A stretch of 64,000 nucleotides of DNA from an uncultured Pseudomonadota bacterium (GCA_963780465.1 CAWACI010000006.1:11676-75675); one strand, 5' to 3'; numbered from the stretch's first letter, positions 20,437 to 29,730 are shown. Made by a program: numbers and translations. Notes: generated by a model not told the origin, from the letters alone.

Positions 20437-21474
20437 TCCCGCGATCATTGTCTCGATGCCGGCGCGATCCATCCCCGTACGGCCGATCACCACCAGATGC
20501 CCGTCCCGCGCCTCGCCCGGCGCCCAGGCTCGGGTGAAATCCTGGCGGAAACGCGCGCCGACTCCCTGGATTTCCAGCCGCATCGGCTTGCCGCGCACGG
20601 CGATAAAGCCCTTGATCCGTAAAATATCATGCGCCGCCGCCGCCGCTTCCAGCCGGGCCAGCAGCTCGGCTGGCGTATCCATTTCGGCGATGGGCACGAC
20701 GAAACTCTCGAAATCGTCATGCTCATGCGCGCCATCCTCGGCATCGTGATGCGAGGGCCGCGCCGCCAAGTCATCTTCGGCTGCCGCGGCGAGGCCCAGC
20801 AGCACTTCCAGGTCCAGCCTGCCGTTGCTCGCCGCGACCAGTTTCACCGCGCGCGGCAGTTCCCCGGTGATCATGGCACGGACCCGCGCCAGCTCGTCCG
20901 CGCCCAGCAGGTCGGACTTGTTCAGGATCACGAGATCCGCGGCGCGGAGCTGGTCCTCGTACACTTCCGCCAGCGGGTTATCATGGTCGAGCGAGGGATC
21001 GGCGGCGCGCTGCAGGGCGACCGCCTCCGGGTCGTCCGCGAAGCGCCCGGCCGCCACGGCCGGACCATCCACCACGGCGACGACGCCATCCACGGTGAGG
21101 CGCGAGCGGATGCTCGGCCAGTTGAACGCCTTGATCAGCGGCTTAGGCAGAGCCAGGCCCGAGGTCTCGATGAGAATATGCTCCGGCGGGTTGGGGCGAT
21201 CCATCAGCGCCTCGATGGTCGGCACGAAATCATCCGCGACCGTGCAGCAGAGGCAGCCATTGGCGAGTTCGACGATGTCCGTCTCCGGGCAGTTCTCCAG
21301 CCCGCAGGTCTGCAGAATATCGCCATCAACGCCGCGCGAACCAAACTCGTTGACGATCACCGCCAGCCGCCTGCCGCCGGCATTCTCCAGAATATGCCGC
21401 ACCAAAGTGGTTTTCCCAGCACCGAGAAAGCCGGTGATGATGGTGGCGGGGGTTTTTACAGCCTGCAAGTTCAT
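20434..21474 (-). CDS. cobW: COG0523 GTPase, cobalamin biosynthesis protein CobW
   Basis: ITGFLGAGKTT, VNEFG, ELANGC.CCTV.DDF, ETSGLALPKPL..AF.WP, HHD...HEHDDF. Confidence 0.96.
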   Translation of the reverse strand: MNLQAVKTPATIITGFLGAGKTTLVRHILENAGGRRLAVIVNEFGSRGVDGDILQTCGLENCPETDIVELANGCLCCTVADDFVPTIEALMDRPNPPEHILIETSGLALPKPLIKAFNWPSIRSRLTVDGVVAVVDGPAVAAGRFADDPEAVALQRAADPSLDHDNPLAEVYEDQLRAADLVILNKSDLLGADELARVRAMITGELPRAVKLVAASNGRLDLEVLLGLAAAAEDDLAARPSHHDAEDGAHEHDDFESFVVPIAEMDTPAELLARLEAAAAAHDILRIKGFIAVRGKPMRLEIQGVGARFRQDFTRAWAPGEARDGHLVVIGRTGMDRAGIETMIAG

Positions 21475-21866
21475 GAATTTTCCTTCGGTTCAGTGGCCGG
21501 TTCCAGCCCATAGGCCGGAAAGCGGCTGAGAATGGCATTGGCGAGAGACGCCGCCCGGCGTGACGGCATCACCGCCCCGGTCGCCGAGGCGCCATAGAGG
21601 CGGGCATAATCAAGGATATCGGCGGCATGCTCCGGCGTCAGGCGTCCCAGGAGGTAGCCGAAATGCTTGCCGGGCATAAAAATCGACGCCGTGCATCCGT
21701 GTTCGCACGCCGCAAGGCAGGAGACAGGCCGCAACGCCACCGGCGCCGGGTCCGCCAGCAACGCTTCCAGCGCCGCGTAAAGAAGCTGCCCGGGGCGTTC
21801 CTCGGACTCCATGCCGGCCTTGCAGGTAACGCAAACGTGCAAAACGGCGGATACAGGTTTCGTCAC
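21471..21866 (-). CDS. DUF1636-like small Cys-rich putative metal-binding protein
   Basis: GTG start at 21866 after GGGGAAG. LHVCVTC, VSCLAAC..GCT, YL.G.L, Y.AS..G..P..R. Stop overlaps the cobW ATG. Confidence 0.8.
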   Translation of the reverse strand: MTKPVSAVLHVCVTCKAGMESEERPGQLLYAALEALLADPAPVALRPVSCLAACEHGCTASIFMPGKHFGYLLGRLTPEHAADILDYARLYGASATGAVMPSRRAASLANAILSRFPAYGLEPATEPKENS

Positions 21867-21996
21867 AACTTCCCCAGTGCGCGCATGCAAACGCGTGTCC
21901 GGGGCGCGGACCGACCATAAACGATCATTTGCCGGAATAAATTCCAACAAATGAAGCTGGCCGAGGCGCCCCGCCCGGTCAACGTTGAGACATGAT

Positions 21997-22165
21997 GGCA
22001 GGTCTCCTGGCTTGCGGATCGAACGCACCCGTCAGCCTTCCCGGAGATATTCCAGTGGCTGAGAGACGGGCGCTTTCCGCTTACAGTTGCGGGGGCAGCT
22101 GAGGGATCGAGCCGTTGGCTCTCACCTCATTCCCTATTCACCTTCACAAAAGAAGGACCATCGCC
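21997..22165 (-). promoter_or_regulatory. Cobalamin (AdoCbl) riboswitch
   Basis: Reverse strand reads ...AATAGGGAATGAGG...GCTGCCCCCGCAACTGTAAGCGG...GCCACTGGAA..CCGGGAAGGC...CGCAAGCCAGGAGACCTGCC. Heads the DUF1636-cobW-cobN arm. Confidence 0.95.
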
Positions 22166-22240
22166 GGCTAGGTAATCTGCCGGCGATTGCTCTGTCAACG
22201 AAAGCGCAAAGCGTCTGGCCCTCGGCCGAGGGCCATGGTC

Positions 22241-22990
22241 TCAGCCCGCGAACACCAGCTCGGCCCTGCCGAGGGTCGCGAATTCCACCGCACAACGGTC
22301 GCCAGGCTCGAGATACCGCAACCCGGTCCAGCTGCCTGCAGTGACCCATTGCCCGGCCTTCACGCCGGTGGTGTCGCGCATCATGTTGACGAGCGCGACC
22401 GCGACATGGAGCGGATCACCCGTCGGGTGGCCGCCTTCGCGCTCCAGCACCACCTCGTCGTTGACAAAGAGGGTAACGCGCAAGGAGCGCATGTCGAGAT
22501 GTGACCAGTCGGCGATTTCGGCCCCGGGCACGAACGCGCCATTGGCGGCGCGATCGGCGAGCTGCTCCAGCGGCGGCCTGGCGCGCGGATCGCGATGCCG
22601 GCCAGACACGACCTCGATGGCTGGCAGCGCCACCAGGGAAGCCGCGACCTCCTCACGCGTGTACGGCGTGCCCCGCGCGGGCAGATCGCGCGTAAAGCGG
22701 AACGCGATCTCGCCCTCAACGCCGAGCTGCGGCACCTCAGCCGGGGCAATCCGCGCCGGGCTTGGGCGGATCATGGACGCATAAATCAAACCGCGTGTCG
22801 GCTCAGCCCCTGGCGGCGTGGTCGCTTTGAAGGCGCCCACAACCTCGCCAAGCCGCGCGGCCACGCGGTCCTGGATCACATGCGCCTCAGCGACCGACGC
22901 CGGAACTGCGGGCAGAGCCTCTAATGCCGTCCCGCTGCGCTGCGCCTCGGCGAGCGCCTCAACAGAGGCTGCAATCTCCTGGTCCGTCAT
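22241..22990 (-). CDS. 2-keto-4-pentenoate hydratase-like FAH-family protein
   Basis: VEGEIAFRF..DLP, PAIEVV..R, LAD..ANGAFV.G, GQWVTAGSWTG. Likely start MTDQEI. Confidence 0.82.
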   Translation of the reverse strand: MTDQEIAASVEALAEAQRSGTALEALPAVPASVAEAHVIQDRVAARLGEVVGAFKATTPPGAEPTRGLIYASMIRPSPARIAPAEVPQLGVEGEIAFRFTRDLPARGTPYTREEVAASLVALPAIEVVSGRHRDPRARPPLEQLADRAANGAFVPGAEIADWSHLDMRSLRVTLFVNDEVVLEREGGHPTGDPLHVAVALVNMMRDTTGVKAGQWVTAGSWTGLRYLEPGDRCAVEFATLGRAELVFAG

Positions 22991-23112
22991 AACGAGAGCT
23001 TCCTTCCAACTGGTTGCGCGCAATGCCTCCCGTTCTAACGGCTAGGCTGTTTTTGACAACTTTGCGGGAGCGTTTTCCACCAAGCGCGCGTCGGATCGCG
23101 GTTAGAAGCCGG

Positions 23113-23250
23113 AAAGCAGCCGCTTTTAAAAAAAGCGGCGCAAAAACTTTTGCTCGTTTGGGCCTGTGGCGCTGCAACCAACACGGCCCAAATTACAGAA
23201 GTTTTTTTGCTTCTTTTTGTTCACAAAAAGAAGCCTTTCTCTGCGCTTCA
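23113..23250. repeat. MITE-like repeat, copy 4 (core only)
   Basis: AAAGCAGCCGCTTTTAAAAAAAGCGGCGC-AAAAACTTTTG...TTGGGCC...GGCCCAA...AAGTTTTTTTG-CTTCTTTTTGTTCACAAAAAGAAG. Overlaps the LLM gene stop. Confidence 0.88.
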
Positions 23251-24279
23251 GCCCAGCAAGTCGCGGACCCGTGGCATCACCTGGCTCCCGTAGAGCTCGA
23301 TGCTCCGCATGAGGTTCTCATGCGGCAGCGAGCCGGCGCTGTATTTCAGCTCGAAGCGGGTAATGCCGAGTGCCTTTACCGTCGCAGCGATTTTGCGCGC
23401 GACCGTCTCCGGCGATCCGACATAGAGCGAGCCGTGATCGGCTTCCTGGTCGAATTGCCCCCGTTCCAACGGCGGCCAGCCGCGCCCGGCGCCGATCCGG
23501 TCGAGCATCCGCTTGTAATGCGGCCAGAGTTCCTCACGCGCTTGCGCGTCGGTATCGGCCACATAGCCGGGCGAGTGAACGCCGATGTCCAATACCGGCT
23601 GCCCAAGCTTCTCGAAAGCACGATGATATAATTCGACATAAGGCGCAAAGCGCGCCGGATCGCCGCCGATGATGGCGAGCATCAGGGGCATGCCGTAGCG
23701 TACGGCCCGCAGCACGGAAGTCGGGCTGCCGCCGACGCCGATCCAGGTTTTCAATATTCCCGTCTCGATCGGTGGAAAGACGCGCTGATCCCTCAAAGCC
23801 GGGCGCGTCTTGCCTTCCCAGGTCACGGCCTCCTGCCGGAGCAATGCGGCAAAAAGGTCGAGCTTTTCCTCGAACAATTCCTCGTACTGGGAGAGATCGT
23901 AGCCGAAGAGCGGAAAGGACTCGGTGAAGGAACCGCGGCCGAGAATAACCTCGGCCCGCCCGTTAGAGGCGGCGTCCAACGTTGAGAAGCGCTGGAACAC
24001 GCGGATCGGATCGTCCGAACTGAGGACGGTGACAGCCGAGCCGAGCCGGATGCGGCTGGTGCGCGCCGCGATGGAAGCCAGCACGATCTCGGGCGCGGAG
24101 ACGGCAAAATCCGCCCGGTGATGCTCGCCTATGCCGAAAAAATCGATGCCCAGCCGGTCGGCGAAAACCGCTTCCTCGATCACGTTGCGGATTGCCTGCG
24201 CATGCGGCACCAGGCTGCCATCCGGCCCAGCGGTGACATCGCCGAACGTGTCCAGCCCGAATTCCAGATTATGGGTCAT
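23248..24279 (-). CDS. LLM-class (luciferase-like) flavin-dependent oxidoreductase
   Basis: FGLDTFGD, FGIGEHHR.DFA.SAPE, SAVTVLSSDDPIRVFQRF.TLD, GRGSFTESFPLFG, YVGSPETVA.KI. Confidence 0.92.
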   Translation of the reverse strand: MTHNLEFGLDTFGDVTAGPDGSLVPHAQAIRNVIEEAVFADRLGIDFFGIGEHHRADFAVSAPEIVLASIAARTSRIRLGSAVTVLSSDDPIRVFQRFSTLDAASNGRAEVILGRGSFTESFPLFGYDLSQYEELFEEKLDLFAALLRQEAVTWEGKTRPALRDQRVFPPIETGILKTWIGVGGSPTSVLRAVRYGMPLMLAIIGGDPARFAPYVELYHRAFEKLGQPVLDIGVHSPGYVADTDAQAREELWPHYKRMLDRIGAGRGWPPLERGQFDQEADHGSLYVGSPETVARKIAATVKALGITRFELKYSAGSLPHENLMRSIELYGSQVMPRVRDLLG

Positions 24280-24421
24280 AAGTTCCAGCTCGTTACGGGT
24301 TACTGCGGTCGCGCAGCATGAATTTTTTGCCTCGCATGCGGCCGACCATAGGAATAGTCATAATATTTCGATTTTATCCATCGGCATTGCCGATGGATAG
24401 ACAAGCGGACGCACCGTATTT

Positions 24422-25921
24422 TCAGTCGACCCAGGCGAATGATCGTTGCACCGCCTTCTTCCAGGATTTGTAGTGATGCGCGCGGGTCTCCTGCGCCATG
24501 TTCGGCGTCCAGGTTTTATCGACGCCCCAGTTCGCGCGCAGGTCCTCGCTGTTGCGCCAATAGCCGACGGCGAGCCCGGCCGCGTAGGCGGCGCCAAGTG
24601 CTGTGGTTTCGCTCACTTTCGCGCGTACCACCGGCACATCCAGAATATCCGACTGGAATTGCATCAGGAGCTCGTTGGCAACCATGCCGCCATCGGCCTT
24701 CAACGTGGCCAGCTTGATGCCGCTATCGGCCTGCATCGCCTCCACCACGTCGCGCACCTGATAGGCCGTCGCCTCCAATGCGGCGCGGGCGAGATGCGCG
24801 CGCGTGGCAAAGCGGGTCAGCCCGGCGATCACGCCGCGCGCGTCATCCTTCCAGTACGGCGCGTACAGCCCGGAGAAGGCGGGAACGATGTAGACATCGC
24901 CGTTATCCTCGACGCTGCGGGCCAAGGGTTCGATCTCTGCCGCGACATCGAAAAGCTTCATGTTGTCGCGCAGCCATTGCACCAGCGCGCCGGTGATCGC
25001 GATCGCGCCCTCCAGCGCGTAACGCGGTTTTTCGTTGCCGAACTGATAAGCGAGCGTGGTCAGCAGCCCGGCTTTCGACGGCACCGGCTCGGTACCGGTA
25101 TTCATCAGCATGAACGAGCCGGTGCCGTAGGTGTTCTTGACCTCGCCGGGCGCAAAACAGGTCTGGCCGACCAGGGCGGCCTGCTGGTCGCCCAAAATGC
25201 CGGCGATTTTCGCGCCCGCCAGCGGCGCGGTGGCGATTTCGCCATAGACTGCCGAGGAGGGCATAATTTTCGGCAGGCACGCGGCCGGGATTTCGAACTG
25301 GCGCAGCAGGTCCGCATCCCAATGGCAGGTGGAAAGATCCGTCAGCATGGTGCGGCTGGCATTCGTGACATCGGTCATATGCACGCCGCCATGGATGCCG
25401 CCGGTGAGGTTCCAGGTCAGCCAGGAATCGATGGTGCCGAACAGCGCCTCGCCGCGTTCGGCTTTTTGCCGCGCGCCCTCGATGTTTTCCAGGATCCATA
25501 AGAGCTTCAGGCCGGAGAAATAGGTGGCGAGCGGCAGGCCAGTTTTGGCGCGGAAGCGATCCTGCCCACCATCGAGCATGTAGCGGTGCACCAGAAGGTC
25601 GGTGCGCGTGTCCATCCAGACCAGCGCGTTGCAGAGCGGCTGCCCGGTCTGCCGGTCCCATAGCACGGTGGTTTCACGCTGGTTGGTGATGCCGATGGCG
25701 GCAAGATCGGCGGCGGTAAGATTGGCCCGCGCCAAGGCGGCGCCGATGACCTCGTTGGTGTTGGCGAGAATTTCCCGCGGATCATGCTCGACCCAGCCCG
25801 GCTTGGGGTAGATCTGACGATGTTCCTTCTGCGCGAGGGAAATGATGTTGCCGCGTTTGTCGAACACGATGAAACGCGAGCTTGTGGTGCCCTGGTCGAT
25901 GGCGCCGATATATGCCGTCAT
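24422..25921 (-). CDS. glpK: Glycerol kinase
   Basis: [61 protein letters not shown]. Confidence 0.97.
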   Translation of the reverse strand: MTAYIGAIDQGTTSSRFIVFDKRGNIISLAQKEHRQIYPKPGWVEHDPREILANTNEVIGAALARANLTAADLAAIGITNQRETTVLWDRQTGQPLCNALVWMDTRTDLLVHRYMLDGGQDRFRAKTGLPLATYFSGLKLLWILENIEGARQKAERGEALFGTIDSWLTWNLTGGIHGGVHMTDVTNASRTMLTDLSTCHWDADLLRQFEIPAACLPKIMPSSAVYGEIATAPLAGAKIAGILGDQQAALVGQTCFAPGEVKNTYGTGSFMLMNTGTEPVPSKAGLLTTLAYQFGNEKPRYALEGAIAITGALVQWLRDNMKLFDVAAEIEPLARSVEDNGDVYIVPAFSGLYAPYWKDDARGVIAGLTRFATRAHLARAALEATAYQVRDVVEAMQADSGIKLATLKADGGMVANELLMQFQSDILDVPVVRAKVSETTALGAAYAAGLAVGYWRNSEDLRANWGVDKTWTPNMAQETRAHHYKSWKKAVQRSFAWVD

Positions 25922-25950
25922 TTGGTTCCCATTTTTATGGCAGAAGGTGA

Positions 25951-26098
25951 AGGAAGCGGTTCTTTTTTGAAAAAAAGAACCAAAAAACTTTTTATCCCCC
26001 CGGCGGTTGCATGGGGCAATGGCGTAGCCTCAGCCGCTGTCCGGAGTGGTAAAGTTTTTTTGCTTCTTTTTGTTCACAAAAAGAAGCCCTTCCTCCTT
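25951..26098. repeat. MITE-like repeat, copy 5 (diverged centre; overlaps the glpD 3' end)
   Basis: GGTTCTTTTTTGAAAAAAAGAACC-AAAAAACTTTT...AAAGTTTTTTTG-CTTCTTTTTGTTCACAAAAAGAAG. Confidence 0.85.
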
Positions 26099-27598
26099 CA
26101 GGTAAACCGCGAGCCGGGCCGCGGTGTCCGCCGGCATATGCAGCGCCAGTTTGGAGCGGCGCCAGAGAATATCCTCCGGCGCGCGCGCCCATTCCCGCGC
26201 CACCAGATAATCCACCTCCGCCGCGAACAAGCCGCCGCCGAAATCCTCGCCAAGTGCTGCCAGGCTTGTTGCCGCGCCCAGAATGTTCGGCGCGCGGGTG
26301 CCGTAGGCGCGGACCAGCCGGCGCGCCAACGGCAAAGGGAGGAACGGATAGCGGGCGGAAAATTGTGCGAGATAGGCTTCAAAATGAGCGCCCGGCAGAT
26401 CGCCGCCGGGGAGCGCCGCGCCGGCGGTCCAGCCGGGACCAACGGCGCGGCCCAGCAGGGGCAAGAGTTTTTCCAGCGCCTGTTCGGCCAGCCGGCGATA
26501 GGTCGTGATCTTGCCGCCGAACACCGAGAGCAAAGCGGGCTGGCCGGCGCCGCCTTCCACCGCCAGCACGTAATCGCGCGTCACCGCCGAGGCGTTTTGC
26601 GCATGGTCATCATAGAGCGGCCGCACGCCGGAATAGCTGCGCACCACATCCCCCGGGGTGACCCGGATGCGGAAATAGCGGGAGACGCTCTCGCAGAGAT
26701 ACGCGGTTTCCGCGTCTGAGATCTCTACCGAGGCGGGATCGCCGTTGAAGGCAATATCCGTCGTGCCGATCAGCGTGAAATCCCGCTCATAGGGGATGGC
26801 AAACACGATCCGTTTGTCCGGGTTCTGCAAAGTGAAGGCGAGTTCCCCCTCATAGAGCCGGGGCACGATGATGTGGCTGCCTTTCACCAAACGCACGGTT
26901 TTCTGCTCGTCACGCCCGAGTGTGGTGCTGAGGATGTTGCCGACCCAGGGACCGGCGGCATTGACCAGCGCGCGCGCCCTGACCGTTTCGCACCGGCCGG
27001 ATGCCTCCTCGATACGCGCGTGCCACAACGCCCCCTCGGGCCGCGCGGAGATCAGCCGGGTGCGCGTGCGGATATCGGCGCCGCGCTCGGCGGCGTCCAT
27101 GGCGTTCAGCACCACCAGGCGGCTGTCCTCCACCCAGCAATCGGCATAGGTGAACCCCCGGCGGAATTCCGGCTGCAGGATTCCGGCGGCGGGATGCGGG
27201 CCAAAGCGCACGGCGCGCGAGGCCGGCAGAAATTTGCGCCGGGCCAGATGGTCATACAAAAACAGCCCGGCCCGCACCATCCAGGCCGGGCGCTGGCCCC
27301 GCGCGTACGGCAGCACGAAGTCCAGCTTCCAGATGATATGCGGTGCGATGGTGAGCAGCCGCTCGCGCTCCCTCAGCGCCTCGCGCACCAGGCGGAATTC
27401 GCCATATTCCAGGTAACGCAGCCCGCCATGGATGAGCTTGGTGCTGGCCGACGAGGTGTGCGCGGCCAAGTCATGCTGCTCGACCAGCAGCACCGAAAGC
27501 CCGCGGCCGGCAGCATCGCGCGCGATCCCTGCCCCGTTTATACCGCCGCCGACAATCAGAAGATCAACCGGGTTAGCTTGGCCGGAACCGAACATCAT
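26030..27598 (-). CDS. glpD: FAD-dependent glycerol-3-phosphate dehydrogenase
   Basis: IVGGGINGAGIARDAAGRGL, TSSASTKLIHGG.RYLEY, VKGSHI, GGKITTYR.LAE, DILWRRSKL. C-terminal tail is read from the repeat. Confidence 0.96.
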   Translation of the reverse strand: MMFGSGQANPVDLLIVGGGINGAGIARDAAGRGLSVLLVEQHDLAAHTSSASTKLIHGGLRYLEYGEFRLVREALRERERLLTIAPHIIWKLDFVLPYARGQRPAWMVRAGLFLYDHLARRKFLPASRAVRFGPHPAAGILQPEFRRGFTYADCWVEDSRLVVLNAMDAAERGADIRTRTRLISARPEGALWHARIEEASGRCETVRARALVNAAGPWVGNILSTTLGRDEQKTVRLVKGSHIIVPRLYEGELAFTLQNPDKRIVFAIPYERDFTLIGTTDIAFNGDPASVEISDAETAYLCESVSRYFRIRVTPGDVVRSYSGVRPLYDDHAQNASAVTRDYVLAVEGGAGQPALLSVFGGKITTYRRLAEQALEKLLPLLGRAVGPGWTAGAALPGGDLPGAHFEAYLAQFSARYPFLPLPLARRLVRAYGTRAPNILGAATSLAALGEDFGGGLFAAEVDYLVAREWARAPEDILWRRSKLALHMPADTAARLAVYLKEEGLLFVNKKKQKNFTTPDSG

Positions 27599-27660
27599 GA
27601 AGCCGGACTCCGCATGTTTGGTATAAATACCCTATATGCGCCCGCTTGAGATCCGTAAGC

Positions 27661-27793
27661 GAAAAGCAGCCGCTTTTTGAAAAAAGCAGCGCAAAAACTT
27701 TTGCTCCTCTGGGCCGCTGGCAACGAAACCAGCACGGCCCAGATTAATAAAGTTTTTTTGCTACTTTTTGTTCACAAAAAGTAGCCTTCCTCT
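27661..27793. repeat. MITE-like repeat, copy 6 (core only)
   Basis: GAAAAGCAGCCGCTTTTTGAAAAAAGCAGCGC...CTGGGCC...GGCCCAG...CTACTTTTTGTTCACAAAAAGTAG. Confidence 0.88.
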
Positions 27794-27802
27794 TTGGCGC
27801 CA

Positions 27803-29341
27803 TCAAAATTGTGCGTGCAGCCTGAGCAGAAAAACCGAGACCGGCCCGCGCTGGCGGTTATAGGCAGGGTTGTTGAGGAACTGATAATCGGCCGTGAGGT
27901 GCGCGTAGTGCAGCACTGGCACGCTGTAATAGGTCTCGATGATCTGCTCAGGGCCCGCCTCGGGCAATTGTCCGTCGCCGATCAGGATGCCCAGGCCGCC
28001 TGCGGCGAAATACTCCTTGGCCTCGTGCGAGATCGTATTGATGGCGCCCGCGAGACCGAACGTGTCGTTGGGCCTGCCCCAGCCATTGCCCGCGAGCTGC
28101 AATCCGGCCGAGACGGACTGGCTGATATCGGTGTACTCGTCACCCTCAACCCCGCCATTATTGGCGCTCGCCCGCGCGAAGACGCCGAGTGCCGGCGTGA
28201 TCTGCTGCTGGATGTTCACGCCGAACCCAACCTTGCTGCGCTCGCGCCGCACATTGGCGGTCGAGGGCACCCCGCCGGTTTGCGCCGCCAGAGCCAGCGC
28301 GTCGCCATAGCTGCCGAGCATCCCGCGGGAGAGAAAATAGAGCACGCGGATCGCCCCCGGCTGGCCCCAGAGCGTGTGGCGCTCCTCGAGCTCGCCCACA
28401 TACTGCATCTGCTGCCCGAAGCGGTTGTCGAGTTTTTCGCCGTTCGGGATCTGCGACAGATCGAACGCGCCGAGGCGCGCCGTCCAGCGGCCTTGATACC
28501 ATTCGGCCGCGGCCCCGTAGGTGTAGCCCCAGGCGTTCGCGGCGTAGTCGAACGCGCCCATGTCGACTATCGACCAGTTCAGGAAGTCGTTGCGGGGGTC
28601 GTGCGCGTAGTCGTTATTGTCGAAAATGTCTGTGACCGAAAACTTGCCTATGGTGAGCACCAGCCGGTTGGCCGTTTCCGTGCCGCCAAGCTGGTTGAGA
28701 TCCGGATCCACTGTTTCCGTCGCGCCGCCGAGATCGATGGTCTGGCGGAAAAACCCCCGAGGCATCTGGTAATACGGGTATAGCTCGCCCACCTTGCTGG
28801 ATTCGGCATTGATGTAACCCGCGGCGCCGGTCACGTCGCTGAGGCCATAGCCCTGGTCCATCTCCGGGTTGATCCAGATCTCGCCACCCTTCCACGGGCG
28901 GTAACCGAGATAGAGCGTGGTATCGACGGTCTCCCGCCCGTTCGCGGCGGCGCTCAGGCTTTGCGGCCCCTGATAGGGGGAGCGGAAAGCCGGCTGCATC
29001 ATCCAGATGCTCGTCGCCTGGGCGTGGAACGCCCATTGCTGCGGTGCAGGGACCTCGGCTTGGTTGGCTGGCAACGGAAGGGGTGCTGGCTGCGGCGTTG
29101 GGGCGGCCTTCGCCACAAGCTGCGGTGCCGCGACCGTCACCCCTTGCCCCGTTTGACCAGCTTGTTGCCCGGTTTGCTTGGCCAATTGCAGCGGAACGGG
29201 TGCTGGCTGCGGCGTCGGGCCGGCCAACTGCGCCGCGGCGGCGAGAGGCCAGGAGGCAAAGCCGGCCGACAGGAGCGTGGAGAGAACCAGAAATTTCCGA
29301 TGGATGGGCGCGATCGACCGCACGGCAAAACGTGTTTGCAT
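27803..29341 (-). CDS. OprB-family ('carbohydrate') porin resembling the C-terminal barrel of MnoP-type metal porins
   Basis: Signal peptide and P/Q/A-rich linker, then FRSPYQGPQSL, NPEMDQGYGLS...G.AG, GKFS..DIFDNN.YAHDPR.DFLNWS, FDYAANAWGYTYG, GG.GILIGDG.L; C-terminal Phe. Confidence 0.82.
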   Translation of the reverse strand: MQTRFAVRSIAPIHRKFLVLSTLLSAGFASWPLAAAAQLAGPTPQPAPVPLQLAKQTGQQAGQTGQGVTVAAPQLVAKAAPTPQPAPLPLPANQAEVPAPQQWAFHAQATSIWMMQPAFRSPYQGPQSLSAAANGRETVDTTLYLGYRPWKGGEIWINPEMDQGYGLSDVTGAAGYINAESSKVGELYPYYQMPRGFFRQTIDLGGATETVDPDLNQLGGTETANRLVLTIGKFSVTDIFDNNDYAHDPRNDFLNWSIVDMGAFDYAANAWGYTYGAAAEWYQGRWTARLGAFDLSQIPNGEKLDNRFGQQMQYVGELEERHTLWGQPGAIRVLYFLSRGMLGSYGDALALAAQTGGVPSTANVRRERSKVGFGVNIQQQITPALGVFARASANNGGVEGDEYTDISQSVSAGLQLAGNGWGRPNDTFGLAGAINTISHEAKEYFAAGGLGILIGDGQLPEAGPEQIIETYYSVPVLHYAHLTADYQFLNNPAYNRQRGPVSVFLLRLHAQF

Positions 29342-29730
29342 GATAAAAGTCTCGATCAGATAAAAGGGAAGAAATTGGGAACCGGGCGCGGCTCACCGAT
29401 CGCGCCCGGCGCATGCCGGTCGCAGCGAGGACGTCCGCGCGGATCTGAAGTTTAGGCCGAACTTTACCGCAAAAATCGCGTAACATATTGATGTGGAACA
29501 GTTTCATTTGTTGAAACATGCGCCACCTCATTTCGTCGGCAAACTACGGAAATTTCACGCTAAGGTAGTATGCCGCGCCTGTTTTTGTTCGCCAAAGTGG
29601 CTAAACGAGACGATCTTGAGTCTTCGAGCAACTCCTTGTCAAGATTTCGTCTTGCCGAAACATGCCCGCAACGAATGCCAAGATTCGTTATGTTTCAATG
29701 TCTTATTGAAAAAACAGGGTAAAGTTCAGT

